Both the position numbers and the translations under genes were made by a program. A stretch of 63,862 nucleotides of DNA, filler included. It is 6 parts of 6 records of this genome, joined end to end, with 100 filler letters (N's around TTAATTAATTAA, not from the genome) between each part and the next. Parts side by side here need not be neighbours in the genome. Positions count along the whole stretch, not along the records: positions 1 to 14,536 come from SRR20825019_1961; 5 more parts are not named here. The stretch is one strand, 5' to 3'. Shown here one piece after another: positions 1 through 9,875 of the stretch (position 1 is its first letter; each line of letters starts with the position of its first letter). A model generated the notes under the pieces. The model saw nothing but the letters and a program-made list of their open reading frames with translations, had not been told where the DNA came from and ran no database searches.

Positions 1-30
1 TCGCTGGTTCGAGCCCAGCTCGGGGAGCCA
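1..30 (+). tRNA. tRNA-Asn, 3' fragment (truncated by contig start)
   Basis: T-arm GCTGG-TTCGAGC-CCAGC, acceptor strand TCGGGGA, discriminator G and encoded CCA. Anticodon is not in the window; Asn is inferred from the T1:A72 stem and G73. Confidence 0.8.
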
Positions 31-31
31 T

Positions 32-1324
32 TTACAGCACCTCCTCTCGCTGCATGAACTCCCGCAGCACCCGGAACAACGTCACCCCATCTCTGGTTCC
101 TGCCACTTCCCGGATTGAGTGCATGCCAAACTGTGGCACACCGATATCCAGCGTTGTCACCCCAAGATTACCGGCAGTGAGCGGGCCAATCGTGCTTCCA
201 CACCCCATGTCACTGCGCACCACAAAAGTTTGATATGGCAGGTCAAGCTCATCACTGATGTGGCGGTACAACGCTGCTGAGCGGCTGTTGGTGGCGTAAC
301 GCTGGTTATGGTTGACCTTGATCACTGGCCCCCGGTTCAGAAGCGGGCCGTGGTTCTCGTCGTGCCTGTCCATGTAGTTGGGGTGGATACCATGAGCGTT
401 GTCCGCCGAGATCATCATCGAGCGGGCAATCGCGCGCGCCCGCCCCTTACCGCACCAACGGTCCAGAACCGCTGACAGGAACGGCCCCTGAGCCCCTTCC
501 GCCGACATGCTGCCCACTTCCTCGTGGTCGTTGCATACCAGCAGCGCCGGTTCGTCTCCGGAAGATTCGATCAAAGCCTGCAGCCCTATGTAACAGCTCA
601 GCAGGTTATCCAGCCGTGCCGATGCAATGAAGTCCTCGCGCAGCCCCACCAGCGATGCTGGCTGGGCGTCGTAGAAGCCAAGCTCATAGCCCAGAATTTT
701 ACGAACGCGGACACCTGGGGCCTCCGTGGCCAATTGGTCGGTCAGCAGATCGGTGAAGCGGGTGGTGTCGTCCTCCGGCACTTGCATCAATACCGGCGGA
801 AGATCGGTTTGTGGATTAACCGTGCGATTGCTGTTGGCTTCCCGGTCCAGATGAATGGCGAGGCTGGGTATATACGCCACGGCCTTGCGAAAATCGATCA
901 GTGTGTCTTTCACCGACCCGGACTCATCCACGTAAGTGACCCGACCCGCCAGGGACAGGTCACGATCAAACCAGGGATTCAGCAACACGCCGCCGTACAC
1001 TTCCACACCCAACTGGAAAAACCCCTTGCGGCGCAGTTCCGGGTTAGGTTTCACCTTCAGACAGGGGCTGTCGGTGTGGGCACCCACCATACGAATACCG
1101 GCTTCCGCGGGGTCGCGGCGACCAGTGCGGAACGCCACGATGGATGAGCCGTTACGGATGGCGTAATAGCCCTGCCCCGCTTCCAGTTCCCAGTCTTCTT
1201 TCTCATCCAGGGCCTTGAAACCCGCCTGATCAAGACGATGCTTCATACTGGCTACAGCGTGCCAGGGGGTCGGTGATGCGTTCAGAAATTCGAGCAGATT
1301 GGTGTTAAATTCAGCGTGTTCCAT
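32..1324 (-). CDS. apeB: M18 family (aspartyl) aminopeptidase
   Basis: Motifs GAHTDSP, ARLDNL, DHEEVGS, SADNAH, CGSTIGP, MHSIRE. Start placed at the MEHAEF ATG, which follows an AGGGA RBS. Confidence 0.9.
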   Translation of the reverse strand: MEHAEFNTNLLEFLNASPTPWHAVASMKHRLDQAGFKALDEKEDWELEAGQGYYAIRNGSSIVAFRTGRRDPAEAGIRMVGAHTDSPCLKVKPNPELRRKGFFQLGVEVYGGVLLNPWFDRDLSLAGRVTYVDESGSVKDTLIDFRKAVAYIPSLAIHLDREANSNRTVNPQTDLPPVLMQVPEDDTTRFTDLLTDQLATEAPGVRVRKILGYELGFYDAQPASLVGLREDFIASARLDNLLSCYIGLQALIESSGDEPALLVCNDHEEVGSMSAEGAQGPFLSAVLDRWCGKGRARAIARSMMISADNAHGIHPNYMDRHDENHGPLLNRGPVIKVNHNQRYATNSRSAALYRHISDELDLPYQTFVVRSDMGCGSTIGPLTAGNLGVTTLDIGVPQFGMHSIREVAGTRDGVTLFRVLREFMQREEVL

Positions 1325-1434
1325 GATGTCCCTGATAAACTGATAATTGCGGCGCCAGTATGGCATGATGGCGCCCGACGTCATATCCGTACAAAACGGC
1401 TGCCCGCGCAGCCCGGCTACCCGGAGAGTGTACC

Positions 1435-1914
1435 TTGCCCGCACCGCGTTTTCTTGATATCGAATACTGCCAGACCGACGACGTTCTGTTCCCCGTGGCC
1501 ATGGCCTGGTCACTGGAAGACGGTCAGATGAAAACCGTCGTCATCGCCCCGGCCGACGAATGGATACCGGAAGACGCCGACCTGGGCGATATCGACCTGC
1601 TCTACCTGGAAGAACAGGGCGTGCCCCTGATCGAACTGGCCCAGGAGCTTCATCAGGACCTGCCCGACCAGACGGTTTACGTGGACGGCATGGACCCGGA
1701 CGAAATCCTGGTGGATCTGATCTTCACCGCCGTCGCCATGGACGCGCCCTTCGAAATCGCGGGCATGGAAGAACTGGTCACGTCCCTGCCCCGGGAAGCG
1801 CTGGACGACCGACGCAGGCAACTGCTGTCCGACGAAGGCCTGGAACCTCAACTGCCCGAAAACGGGGTCTACGCACTGTTATTGATTGCACGTGAGGAAG
1901 GCTTCTTCGACTGA
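1435..1914 (+). CDS. Acidic hypothetical protein, possible degenerate RNase H-fold/DEDD 3'-5' exonuclease-like domain
   Basis: 159-aa ORF with TTG start after a GGAGAG RBS and host-like codon usage. N-terminal FLDIE...PVAMAWSL..G pattern resembles the exonuclease motif I region. Confidence 0.6.
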   Translation: MPAPRFLDIEYCQTDDVLFPVAMAWSLEDGQMKTVVIAPADEWIPEDADLGDIDLLYLEEQGVPLIELAQELHQDLPDQTVYVDGMDPDEILVDLIFTAVAMDAPFEIAGMEELVTSLPREALDDRRRQLLSDEGLEPQLPENGVYALLLIAREEGFFD

Positions 1915-2027
1915 ACCCCATCCTACAACGTCGCTGGCAATGCGAACTGTGACTTGTGTCGACGTAACAAATAGTTACAGAAGGCAGAATCTGTCGGAAT
2001 CCGACAACGCCAGGAAGCCCAATAACA

Positions 2028-2654
2028 ATGAACACGCTGTTGCGACACCTCTTCACGGCCGCCACGCTTTCCGCAGCATTGCTCACACCGGGCATGGCCA
2101 GCGCACAGGATAAAGTTCCCCGCGAAGGCATGACCTACGTCGGCATTCTGGCCACCGGCCTCAACCACCGGTCTGTAGGCCAGAACACCCTCGAAACAGC
2201 CTGGTCAACCACAGGATCCATGGTGCTTGGAACGCATATTTCCGAGTATTTTCACGTGGAGATCCGCGCAGGTGCGGGTACCACCACCGCCGAAATCGAC
2301 AACGAACTGGAATTGGACATCGAGTACTTCGCCAGTTGGTACATCGGCGGCCATTACCCGATCACCGATTACGCCAACGCCTATGCCCAGTTCGGGTTTT
2401 CCCACGTCCAGGGGGTTGCCACTCTGACTCCGCTGGGCAAGGCCCGGGAAGCCGATCCTGACGATGACTCGCCCTACGCCTCAATCGCGGACGAATATCC
2501 GGACAGTTCCTTCAGCGTGAGCTGGCTGCTTGGCCTGGATTTCGAGGTTATCGATAATGGTTTCATCGTCCTGGAAGGCGGCCGGTTGTTTGAAGACACC
2601 GAAACCGGCGCGAACACCTTCCAGTTCTCAACCGGGTTTAAATACGAGTTCTGA
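2028..2654 (+). CDS. Outer membrane beta-barrel protein (OmpA-like/porin family)
   Basis: Signal peptide ending ASA, amphipathic beta strands, C-terminal GFKYEF (BAM-type terminal Phe). Confidence 0.8.
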   Translation: MNTLLRHLFTAATLSAALLTPGMASAQDKVPREGMTYVGILATGLNHRSVGQNTLETAWSTTGSMVLGTHISEYFHVEIRAGAGTTTAEIDNELELDIEYFASWYIGGHYPITDYANAYAQFGFSHVQGVATLTPLGKAREADPDDDSPYASIADEYPDSSFSVSWLLGLDFEVIDNGFIVLEGGRLFEDTETGANTFQFSTGFKYEF

Positions 2655-4821
2655 CCTGCCAGCATCGGTGAATTCGCGCATTGCGCTGAAAATCCCGGTC
2701 CAGGGTGTCGCGGGTCACTTCTTCAATGGCGAACTCCTCTTCCAGGCTCTCATCCAGCTTGAAGCGCCGGAAGTTGGTCGAGAAAATCAGCAGGCCTTCC
2801 GAGGTCAGCCGCTGCATCGCCTGGCGTATCAACCTGCCATGGTCTTTCTGGATATCCAGTACCCCAGCCATGCGGGCGGAGTTCGAGAAGGTAGGCGGGT
2901 CCATAAAAATTAGGTCAAAACGCTGATCGCTGGTCGGCTTGCCCGCCAGCCACGCCAGGCAATCTGCCTGCTCCACCCGGTGATGGGATGCATCCGCACC
3001 GTTAAGCGCAAGATTTTCCTGAGCCCAGTTCACATAGGTTTTCGACATGTCCAGGCTCAGTGAACGGGTCGCGCCGCCGACCGCTGCGTGCACGGTGGCC
3101 GCTCCGGTATAACAGAACAGGTTCAGAAACCGCTTGCCCGCAGCATTCTGCTGAATCCAGTTGCGTACTGGTCGATGGTCCAGGAACAGGCCCGTATCCA
3201 GATAATCCTTGAGGTTCACCTTCAGAACACAACCATGTTCGTGAACGTTAAAAAACTCTCCGCTGGCTGCCTGCTTTTCGTACTGGCTGGTACCTGTCTG
3301 CCGCTGTCGTTGCTTGCAGACCATGTCTTCCCGCTCGACACCGATGGCCTCAGGAATCACCGCCAGAGCCTCGGCCAACCGTTCCCGTGCGGAACGCTCG
3401 TCGACTGACTTGGGAGCAGCGTACTCCTGAACGTGGACACGACCCTCGTAGACATCAATAGCGAGTGCAAACTCGGGCATATCGGCGTCATACAGGCGGT
3501 AACAGCCGATACCCTGCTTGCGGGCCCACTGGCCGACGGTCTTCATATTTTTCTTCAGGCGATTGCGCAGCATCGCAGCGCGCTCTTCATTGGCGATGCG
3601 AGGCGTCACCTCGCCAGGTACATCGGGCTCCCGCGGTGTCATGGCGCTGGCGTCATCCACGTTGAACAACAGCAACTGCGCCGGCAACTTGCCGTTGTAG
3701 AGTCGGTACTGCTTGTAGCTACGAAGGCCTATGGATTTGCCGTACTCGGGCGCACCGGTGAATACGCCAAACCGCCAGCCCGGCAACGCTTCCTTAACGG
3801 CTTCACCCAGGGCGCGATAAAGACCACCCAGCTCCTTGCGTTCGCTCAGGCGCTCGCCGTAGGGAGGGTTAACCAGCACCAGGCCGGTCTCGGCCCAGGC
3901 CTCTTCGCGGCTGAACTGGTCAACTCCCCGCTGCTTGATGGTTACGATGCCTTCCAGGCCAGCCCGTTGCAGGTTGTTCCCTGCGGTTTGTATCACCCCT
4001 CGATCCTGGTCAAAGCCCAGGAAGGCAGGAACGCGCCCCTCAATGCCCTGCTTGCCGGTATAGGCGCGCTTCTCGGCTTCCTGGCGCAGTGACAACCACA
4101 GGTCCGGCTGGTGGCCCAGCCAACGCTCAAAACCGAAACGTTCGCGCTTGCGGCCGGGCGCCAGATCCAGAGCCATCATGGCGGCCTCAATCACCAGCGT
4201 GCCGGAACCACACATAGGGTCGATGAAATCGCCGCCGGCTTTCGCCAGTTCCGGCCAACCGCATCTCGTCAGCAGAGCCGCCGCCAGATTTTCCTTCAGT
4301 GGCGCTGCCCCCTTTTCCGTGCGGTAGCCCCGCTTATGGAGGCTGTCGCCGCTCAGGTCGATGCCTACCGACAGTTTGCCGCGATTCAGGCGTGCGGATA
4401 CCGTTACATCCGGGTTTTTGGCGTCCACGGAAGGCCGCTGACCACTGGCACTGCGCAGACGGTCCACAATGCCATCCTTCACTCGCTGGGCACCATATTG
4501 CGTGTTTCGGATGGCTTCGTTCTGACCCACAAAGTTGACGCGAAAACTGCCATTCATCGGAATATGCTGCTGCCACTCCAGATCCGTCACACCCCCCAGC
4601 ATCTGGTCACCGGAGGTGGCATCCACGTCCGCCAGATGAAGGATGACCCGGTTTGCGAGCCTCGACCACAGGCAGGCACGATAGCCACTTTCAAGGGTGC
4701 CGTTGGCCCAGACACCTGCCGGTGCGTTCCGAACCGGGTCCATGCCGAAGGTACGCAGTTCGTCCTCCAGCAAATACTCCAGGCCCTTGGGGCAGGTTAC
4801 GAAAAAGTTAAGGTCTGACAC
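2638..4821 (-). CDS. rlmKL: Bifunctional 23S rRNA m2G2445/m7G2069 methyltransferase RlmKL
   Basis: THUMP region, SLHKRGYR, APLKENLAAA, DPMCGSGT, NPPYGER; second MTase domain with DTGLFLDHR, LNLFCYTG, DPPTFSNS. 727 aa. Confidence 0.95.
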   Translation of the reverse strand: MSDLNFFVTCPKGLEYLLEDELRTFGMDPVRNAPAGVWANGTLESGYRACLWSRLANRVILHLADVDATSGDQMLGGVTDLEWQQHIPMNGSFRVNFVGQNEAIRNTQYGAQRVKDGIVDRLRSASGQRPSVDAKNPDVTVSARLNRGKLSVGIDLSGDSLHKRGYRTEKGAAPLKENLAAALLTRCGWPELAKAGGDFIDPMCGSGTLVIEAAMMALDLAPGRKRERFGFERWLGHQPDLWLSLRQEAEKRAYTGKQGIEGRVPAFLGFDQDRGVIQTAGNNLQRAGLEGIVTIKQRGVDQFSREEAWAETGLVLVNPPYGERLSERKELGGLYRALGEAVKEALPGWRFGVFTGAPEYGKSIGLRSYKQYRLYNGKLPAQLLLFNVDDASAMTPREPDVPGEVTPRIANEERAAMLRNRLKKNMKTVGQWARKQGIGCYRLYDADMPEFALAIDVYEGRVHVQEYAAPKSVDERSARERLAEALAVIPEAIGVEREDMVCKQRQRQTGTSQYEKQAASGEFFNVHEHGCVLKVNLKDYLDTGLFLDHRPVRNWIQQNAAGKRFLNLFCYTGAATVHAAVGGATRSLSLDMSKTYVNWAQENLALNGADASHHRVEQADCLAWLAGKPTSDQRFDLIFMDPPTFSNSARMAGVLDIQKDHGRLIRQAMQRLTSEGLLIFSTNFRRFKLDESLEEEFAIEEVTRDTLDRDFQRNARIHRCWQVRTRI

Positions 4822-5029
4822 GTTCGACTCCTGAGTCGTTTCTACGGTGGCTAAGGTCGTGGGATTAGCGCATTTTCCGAGGTTTTCACTGGCTTGTTAT
4901 GTCACACAACTATAAGAGAAGCTTCATATAGATGAAATAAATAGTGTACAAGGGCGCTGGCTTAGTCTTACCTTGTAGGTGACGCGTCGTTCCGGGGAGC
5001 CAACAAAGGGCTCCCTGTTAACAGGATCC

Positions 5030-5143
5030 TGACTGCTCTGGCCATACCTGACAATAGTGGGTTACCCCGGAAGGGTTGCCCCAAGTCCCGGCCACGGCAG
5101 ATGTGTACACGCTTGTTCTGTTAATCCATCAGTGAGGAACGGC
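5030..5143 (+). ncRNA. Possible structured rmf 5' leader (similar in position to the Pseudomonas rmf RNA motif)
   Basis: Long non-coding leader with pairing potential (GGGTTACCC/GGGTTGCCC) ending in GTTAATCCATCAGTGAGG just before the RBS. Boundaries approximate. Confidence 0.35.
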
Positions 5144-5353
5144 ATGAAAAGACAGAAAAGAGATATGTACGCTCGTGCATTCAAACGGGGTTACCTGGCC
5201 GGCGTGTCCGGTAAAGCAAAAGACAGTTGCCCGTTGGAACAGCCGGAAGTTCGCCAGGAATGGCTCAACGGGTGGCGAGAAGGCCGCACAGATCAATGGG
5301 AGGGCATGACCGGCGTATCCGGCATCCACAGACTGGCAAACGTAACGGCATAA
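5144..5353 (+). CDS. rmf: Ribosome modulation factor
   Basis: MKRQKRD..RAFKRGYLAG..GK...CP....RQEWLNGWREG signature; GAGG RBS. Confidence 0.95.
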   Translation: MKRQKRDMYARAFKRGYLAGVSGKAKDSCPLEQPEVRQEWLNGWREGRTDQWEGMTGVSGIHRLANVTA

Positions 5354-5489
5354 CGTAGTTTGTCAGCACCCCGAATCTTTAATCTGATCTTTCAACAACA
5401 CACAATTTGGCGCAGTACCCAGAGCAACCCAAACGGGTCCTCCCGACCCGTACCATGCGATGAAACGCCACGGGGTTTATTCCCCGCAC

Positions 5490-5517
5490 GGGCCCGCTAA
5501 GCGGGCCCACTTTATTT
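5490..5517 (+). terminator. Intrinsic terminator between the convergent rmf and pyrD genes
   Basis: GGGCCCGC-TAA-GCGGGCCC hairpin followed by ACTTTATTT. Confidence 0.75.
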
Positions 5518-5567
5518 CTGGCCTCACTTCCTGGCACACCTCATGGCACACCGTTCTCACCACCGCA

Positions 5568-6587
5568 TCAAGTCAGACGCCGAATCGCGTCGACCGACTC
5601 CCGAATCAGCGCCGGACCGCGATAGATAAAACCGGTATAAATCTGCACTAACTTTGCGCCGGCACGAATTTTCTCAGCCGCGCTGTCACCGTCGGTAATG
5701 CCGCCTACCCCGATAATCGGTAACGACTCTCCCAGTTCCGCATACAGAGCCTGAATCACCCGGGTGGAAGATGCCTTTACCGGCGCCCCGCTGAGCCCCC
5801 CAGCTTCTTCCGCGTACCGATGCCCGGCAACGGCCTCGCGGCTGATGGTGGTATTGGTGGCTATGACACCGTCCAGCCCCGAATCTTTCAGGGCGTTGGC
5901 CACAAAGCGCACTCCGTCGTCGTCCATATCCGGGGCGATCTTCACCGCCAACGGCACGTAGCGCCCATGTTCCTTCTCACAACGTGCCTGCTCCTCCTTG
6001 ATGGCGTGCATCAGGCCCTTTAGAGAGTCGCCAAACTGAAGATCCCGCAGGCCGGGCGTATTGGGGGATGATACGTTCACCGTGATGTAGTCAGCGCGGG
6101 AATACACCGCCGCGATACCTTTGCGATAATCTGACTCGGATTCCTCGTTGGGTGTGGCCTTGTTCTTGCCGACATTGATACCCAGTACGCCGGCGTAACG
6201 ACGCTTGTCCACCTGATCCAGCAGGTGCTCAAGGCCATGATTGTTAAAACCCATCCGATTGATAATGGCGCTGTGCTCAGGGAGCCGGAACATTCTCGGC
6301 TTCGGGTTGCCGGGCTGAGCCAGAGGCGTGACAGTTCCTACTTCGATAAACCCAAATCCCAATGCGCCCAGGGCATCCAGATGATCAGCGTTCTTGTCGA
6401 GCCCTGCAGCCAGCCCAACGGGATTGGGAAACTCCAGGCCCATCACCTTGGTTGGCAGCGGCTCCGGCTTGCTGACGAGCGCCTGGAGCAACCCGAGCTT
6501 TCCTGCCATATCGAGCCCCGACAACGTCAGGTTATGAGCAGTCTCCGGTGGCAGCCGGAACAGCAGTTCGCGCATAATGCCATACAT
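5568..6587 (-). CDS. pyrD: Quinone-dependent dihydroorotate dehydrogenase
   Basis: [62 protein letters not shown] motifs. Start at MYGIMR after a GGGAGA RBS. Confidence 0.95.
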   Translation of the reverse strand: MYGIMRELLFRLPPETAHNLTLSGLDMAGKLGLLQALVSKPEPLPTKVMGLEFPNPVGLAAGLDKNADHLDALGALGFGFIEVGTVTPLAQPGNPKPRMFRLPEHSAIINRMGFNNHGLEHLLDQVDKRRYAGVLGINVGKNKATPNEESESDYRKGIAAVYSRADYITVNVSSPNTPGLRDLQFGDSLKGLMHAIKEEQARCEKEHGRYVPLAVKIAPDMDDDGVRFVANALKDSGLDGVIATNTTISREAVAGHRYAEEAGGLSGAPVKASSTRVIQALYAELGESLPIIGVGGITDGDSAAEKIRAGAKLVQIYTGFIYRGPALIRESVDAIRRLT

Positions 6588-6630
6588 ACACAATCTCCCT
6601 GATCGAGAACGATGCGGAGTATACCGGAAG

Positions 6631-6830
6631 TTTTCCACAGCATCGCCCTACACCTTAAATATGACGGCTAAATGTCTGTAGCGTTAAGCTCTTGTGACCT
6701 TTTCCACGGAATCTGTGGATAACCCTGTTGAAAATCGCGGGGCAACGCGGCCGAACCCTTGATATTCGCGCCAGCCTACAGATTGATCATTTTTTGATCA
6801 GTTTATTTATTTATAAATATCAAATAGTTA
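6631..6830. promoter_or_regulatory. DnaA-box cluster with Fis and IHF sites (DARS-like element)
   Basis: TTTTCCACA (6631-6639); core TTTTCCACG (6700-6708), 5 bp, TGTGGATAA (6714-6722), 3 bp, TGTTGAAAA (6726-6734); Fis consensus GATCATTTTTTGATC (6785-6799); IHF consensus TATCAAATAGTTA (6818-6830) after an AT tract. Confidence 0.7.
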
Positions 6831-6959
6831 CGGAGCCTTTTCTGTCACGTCAGGCAGTTCGGTCACAGAATGTTACGTCATTCAGCGATTACGCCCATGT
6901 GCATAAAACATACAGTGGCAGGTTCGTTATACTGACGATCAGGCCCACGGAGAACCTCA

Positions 6960-8126
6960 ATGACGGACCAGCAGACCTTTTCCTCCCAAGAACACAAGGG
7001 ACTCCCCCAGGAGCGCAGGGCAGCATCGCGTGTAACCGTTATCGGAATGCTACTGGATGGTGTACTGGGCATTCTCAAGGTCATCGCCGGAACGCTGTTT
7101 CATTCCCAGGCGCTGTTGGTGGATGGCATTCATTCCTTTACGGATGTCGCATCGGACCTGGTCGTACTGGGCGTCATGCGGGTGTCCCGTCAAGCGCCAG
7201 ACCAGGACCATCCTTATGGCCACCAACGCATAGAAACCATGGGCACCATGGTGCTCGGCAGCATCCTCATTGCCGTTGGCGCGGCCCTGGCCTGGGATAA
7301 CACCCTGCGACTGCTTGATGGCGGCGCTGTGAACATTCCCGAATGGCCGGTGTTGGTGGCAGCCGTCATCTCCATTGCCAGCAAGGAATGGATCTATCGC
7401 TACACACGCCGGGTTGGCATAGCGATCCGTTCTGACCTGATCATCGCCAATGCCTGGCACAGCCGCACTGATGCCCTCTCCTCCGTGGTGGTGCTCTTCT
7501 CGACCATCGGCGCCATGCTGGGCTACCTGTGGCTGGACATTCTCGCGGCAGTGATTATCTCCGGGATCATCATTCACATCGGTTGGCGCTTCACCCGCGA
7601 CAGCGTGAAAGAACTCGTCGATACAGGCCTGTCCCCGGAAGATACCGAAGCACTGAAATACATCGCCAGTAAGACCGACGGCGTGCGCAACGTGCATGAA
7701 CTTCGCAGCCGACGCATGGGGCATGACATCCTGCTGGATGTGCACCTTGTGGTGTCGCCGGAGATCAGTGTCTCCGAAGGGCATCAGATAGGAATGCAGG
7801 TGGTAAAAGCCATGCGCAATGCCCTGGACAACATTCTCGACATCAATTTCCACATTGATGCCGAGAACGACGAAATCCACCCCCAGACCTCCGAGCAACT
7901 GCCCGCCCGAGCGGAAATCCGCGAGGTACTTCACCAACACATAGAAAACCTGCCGTCCAACAACCGGCTGCGGCTGCATTACCTCCGCAACCGGGTCCAT
8001 ATGGAACTGTTTATGGAGATTCCTGAGTCTGAGGCACTTCCTGACGCCCGTCAGATCAGCGAGGACCTGGGCCGCTACGCGTGGTTCGGCAGCCTCAGGA
8101 TATGGCACGCCCATACCGAGAACTGA
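6960..8126 (+). CDS. Cation diffusion facilitator (FieF-like) metal efflux transporter
   Basis: SQALLVDGIHSFTD, PDQDHPYGHQRIE, ANAWHSRTD, and a C-terminal dimerisation domain (DVHLVV, SVSEGH). Confidence 0.9.
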   Translation: MTDQQTFSSQEHKGLPQERRAASRVTVIGMLLDGVLGILKVIAGTLFHSQALLVDGIHSFTDVASDLVVLGVMRVSRQAPDQDHPYGHQRIETMGTMVLGSILIAVGAALAWDNTLRLLDGGAVNIPEWPVLVAAVISIASKEWIYRYTRRVGIAIRSDLIIANAWHSRTDALSSVVVLFSTIGAMLGYLWLDILAAVIISGIIIHIGWRFTRDSVKELVDTGLSPEDTEALKYIASKTDGVRNVHELRSRRMGHDILLDVHLVVSPEISVSEGHQIGMQVVKAMRNALDNILDINFHIDAENDEIHPQTSEQLPARAEIREVLHQHIENLPSNNRLRLHYLRNRVHMELFMEIPESEALPDARQISEDLGRYAWFGSLRIWHAHTEN

Positions 8127-8134
8127 CAGGGCGT

Positions 8135-9634
8135 CTAGCGACGCCGCTTTTCCTCCATGCGGGACAGGAACTCCTGCATGATCAGGGTGTATAACTCCCC
8201 TCCCAGGAAGCGATCCTCAACCCCGGCATCAATGCTGGGGTTGTCGTTTACCTCAATGACTGCCACTCGGTTACCAGACTGTTTGATGTCCACACCGTAA
8301 AGGCCATTGCCGATCAGACGTGTGGCGTTGAGCGCTGCCTGGATGACGTTCCGGGGCACCTCGTACGTCGGCATGGTATCGAAACCACCGCTGTCCACTT
8401 CCGCGCCACCGTGTTGGTAGATCTGCCAGTGTCCCTCCACCATGTAGTATTTACAGGCATAGATGGCCCGGCCGCCAAGCACCCCGATACGCCAGTCATA
8501 ATCGGTGTAAAGGTACTCCTGGGCCAGTACCAGTGCCGACTGTTTGAACAGCTCTTTCAGGCCCGCCCGCAGCGTTTTTTCATCCTCCGCCTTGGTGACT
8601 CCCCGTGAAAAGGCGCCGTCAGGAATCTTGATAACGGCAGGAAAGCCCAGATCACGAATCACCTGTTCAGCACTGTCTTTCTGATCCTTCGACAGAATCA
8701 GGGTTTTTGGTGTCGGGATCTTGTTGTTCTTCAACAGATCCGCCAGATAGACCTTGTTGGTACAACGCAGGATCGACACCGGGTCGTCGATCACCACCAT
8801 GCCTTCGGCCTCGGCCTTGCGGGCGAAACGATAGGTGTGATGATCGATGGCAGTAGTCTCTCGAATAAACAGGCCGTCGTATTCCGGCAGCCGCATATAA
8901 TCACGGCGGCCGATCTGCTCCACGTTAATCCCCAGCTTACGGCCAGCCTTCTCGAATTTCTCCAGCGCCTCTTTGTCGCTGGGAGGCATTTCCTCGTCCT
9001 CGTTGACCAGCATCGCAAGATCAAACCGATAACGACGGCGGGTACGGGGCTTGCGCCAGACCATGCTGCTGAAACGGTCAAACGCCGCCGCGAAGGCATC
9101 CTGTTCTTTCCCTTTCAGGTCGGCGGGACAGCCTGGCTTCATGGACGCTATCTGCCAGGTTTTGCCACGGCGGAACACCACGTCCAGAACCGGGCACGGG
9201 AAACGATCAAACAACGCGCGTGCAACCGGCTTCAAATCCCCATGTTCCGCCTGCCCGAAGTACGTGCGGACACGCACTTCCCGCGTGGCGTGGTTATTGT
9301 CACCGGCGGGCTCGATCTCAGCCCCGGCTTCCTCAAGCCAATTGATCACGCTGGCATCCAGTTCATCCAACTGCAGCGAGAACAGCCCTTTGCGGCTGAG
9401 GTCGTTGAGCGTCATCACAGACGGCACCACATGATGGCCACGAGCCTCAGCCAGTAGTGAACAGTAATAGCCACGACTGAGGTACCGGGCGCTCTGGCAC
9501 AGGTTGATCACCCGCACCCGACTGGAAGTGGGCGCGGAGAACTGTAGATACTGATCAAAAGTCAGCACGTCTTCACTGGGGTAATACGGTGCCCAGTCCT
9601 TGGCGCGGTCAACAACAATCAACAATCGTGACAT
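8135..9634 (-). CDS. RimK-family ATP-grasp ligase with N-terminal RLAN-type domain
   Basis: N-terminal VINLC...YLSRGYYCSLLAEARGH; ATP-grasp motifs IKIPDGAFSRGV, QEY, DWRI, GVDI, EVNDNP; GGAGGA RBS. Confidence 0.85.
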   Translation of the reverse strand: MSRLLIVVDRAKDWAPYYPSEDVLTFDQYLQFSAPTSSRVRVINLCQSARYLSRGYYCSLLAEARGHHVVPSVMTLNDLSRKGLFSLQLDELDASVINWLEEAGAEIEPAGDNNHATREVRVRTYFGQAEHGDLKPVARALFDRFPCPVLDVVFRRGKTWQIASMKPGCPADLKGKEQDAFAAAFDRFSSMVWRKPRTRRRYRFDLAMLVNEDEEMPPSDKEALEKFEKAGRKLGINVEQIGRRDYMRLPEYDGLFIRETTAIDHHTYRFARKAEAEGMVVIDDPVSILRCTNKVYLADLLKNNKIPTPKTLILSKDQKDSAEQVIRDLGFPAVIKIPDGAFSRGVTKAEDEKTLRAGLKELFKQSALVLAQEYLYTDYDWRIGVLGGRAIYACKYYMVEGHWQIYQHGGAEVDSGGFDTMPTYEVPRNVIQAALNATRLIGNGLYGVDIKQSGNRVAVIEVNDNPSIDAGVEDRFLGGELYTLIMQEFLSRMEEKRRR

Positions 9635-9875
9635 CAGTGGCATTCCTCCATGAAGGCAGTGCCGGAAGCTTGGGGAACACAGGCCCACCATGCGTCGACG
9701 GTGCCTGTACAATCTCGCAACAATACGCCGGAACGCTTTAGCCTACAATTAGCACGAAATGCGTGCTTTTACGCATGATTGCATGCTATCGGCAACGTCA
9801 GCACTCACTCATAATAGCCGTCAAAGCTGAATCCGGCGAAGTCGCCACATTTGAGTTATCCAGAGTTCTTTCCCT

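Noticed and set aside
1325-1513. N-terminal extensions in the ORF track for apeB (also pyrD, rmf, RimK-like, FAD oxidoreductase)
   Set aside because: They overlap neighbouring genes or promoters; better RBS-associated starts lie downstream.
1948-1978. TGTGA half-site and GTAAC-N5-GTTAC palindrome upstream of the OMP gene
   Set aside because: The second CRP half-site is poor and the palindrome is too short to assign without comparative data.
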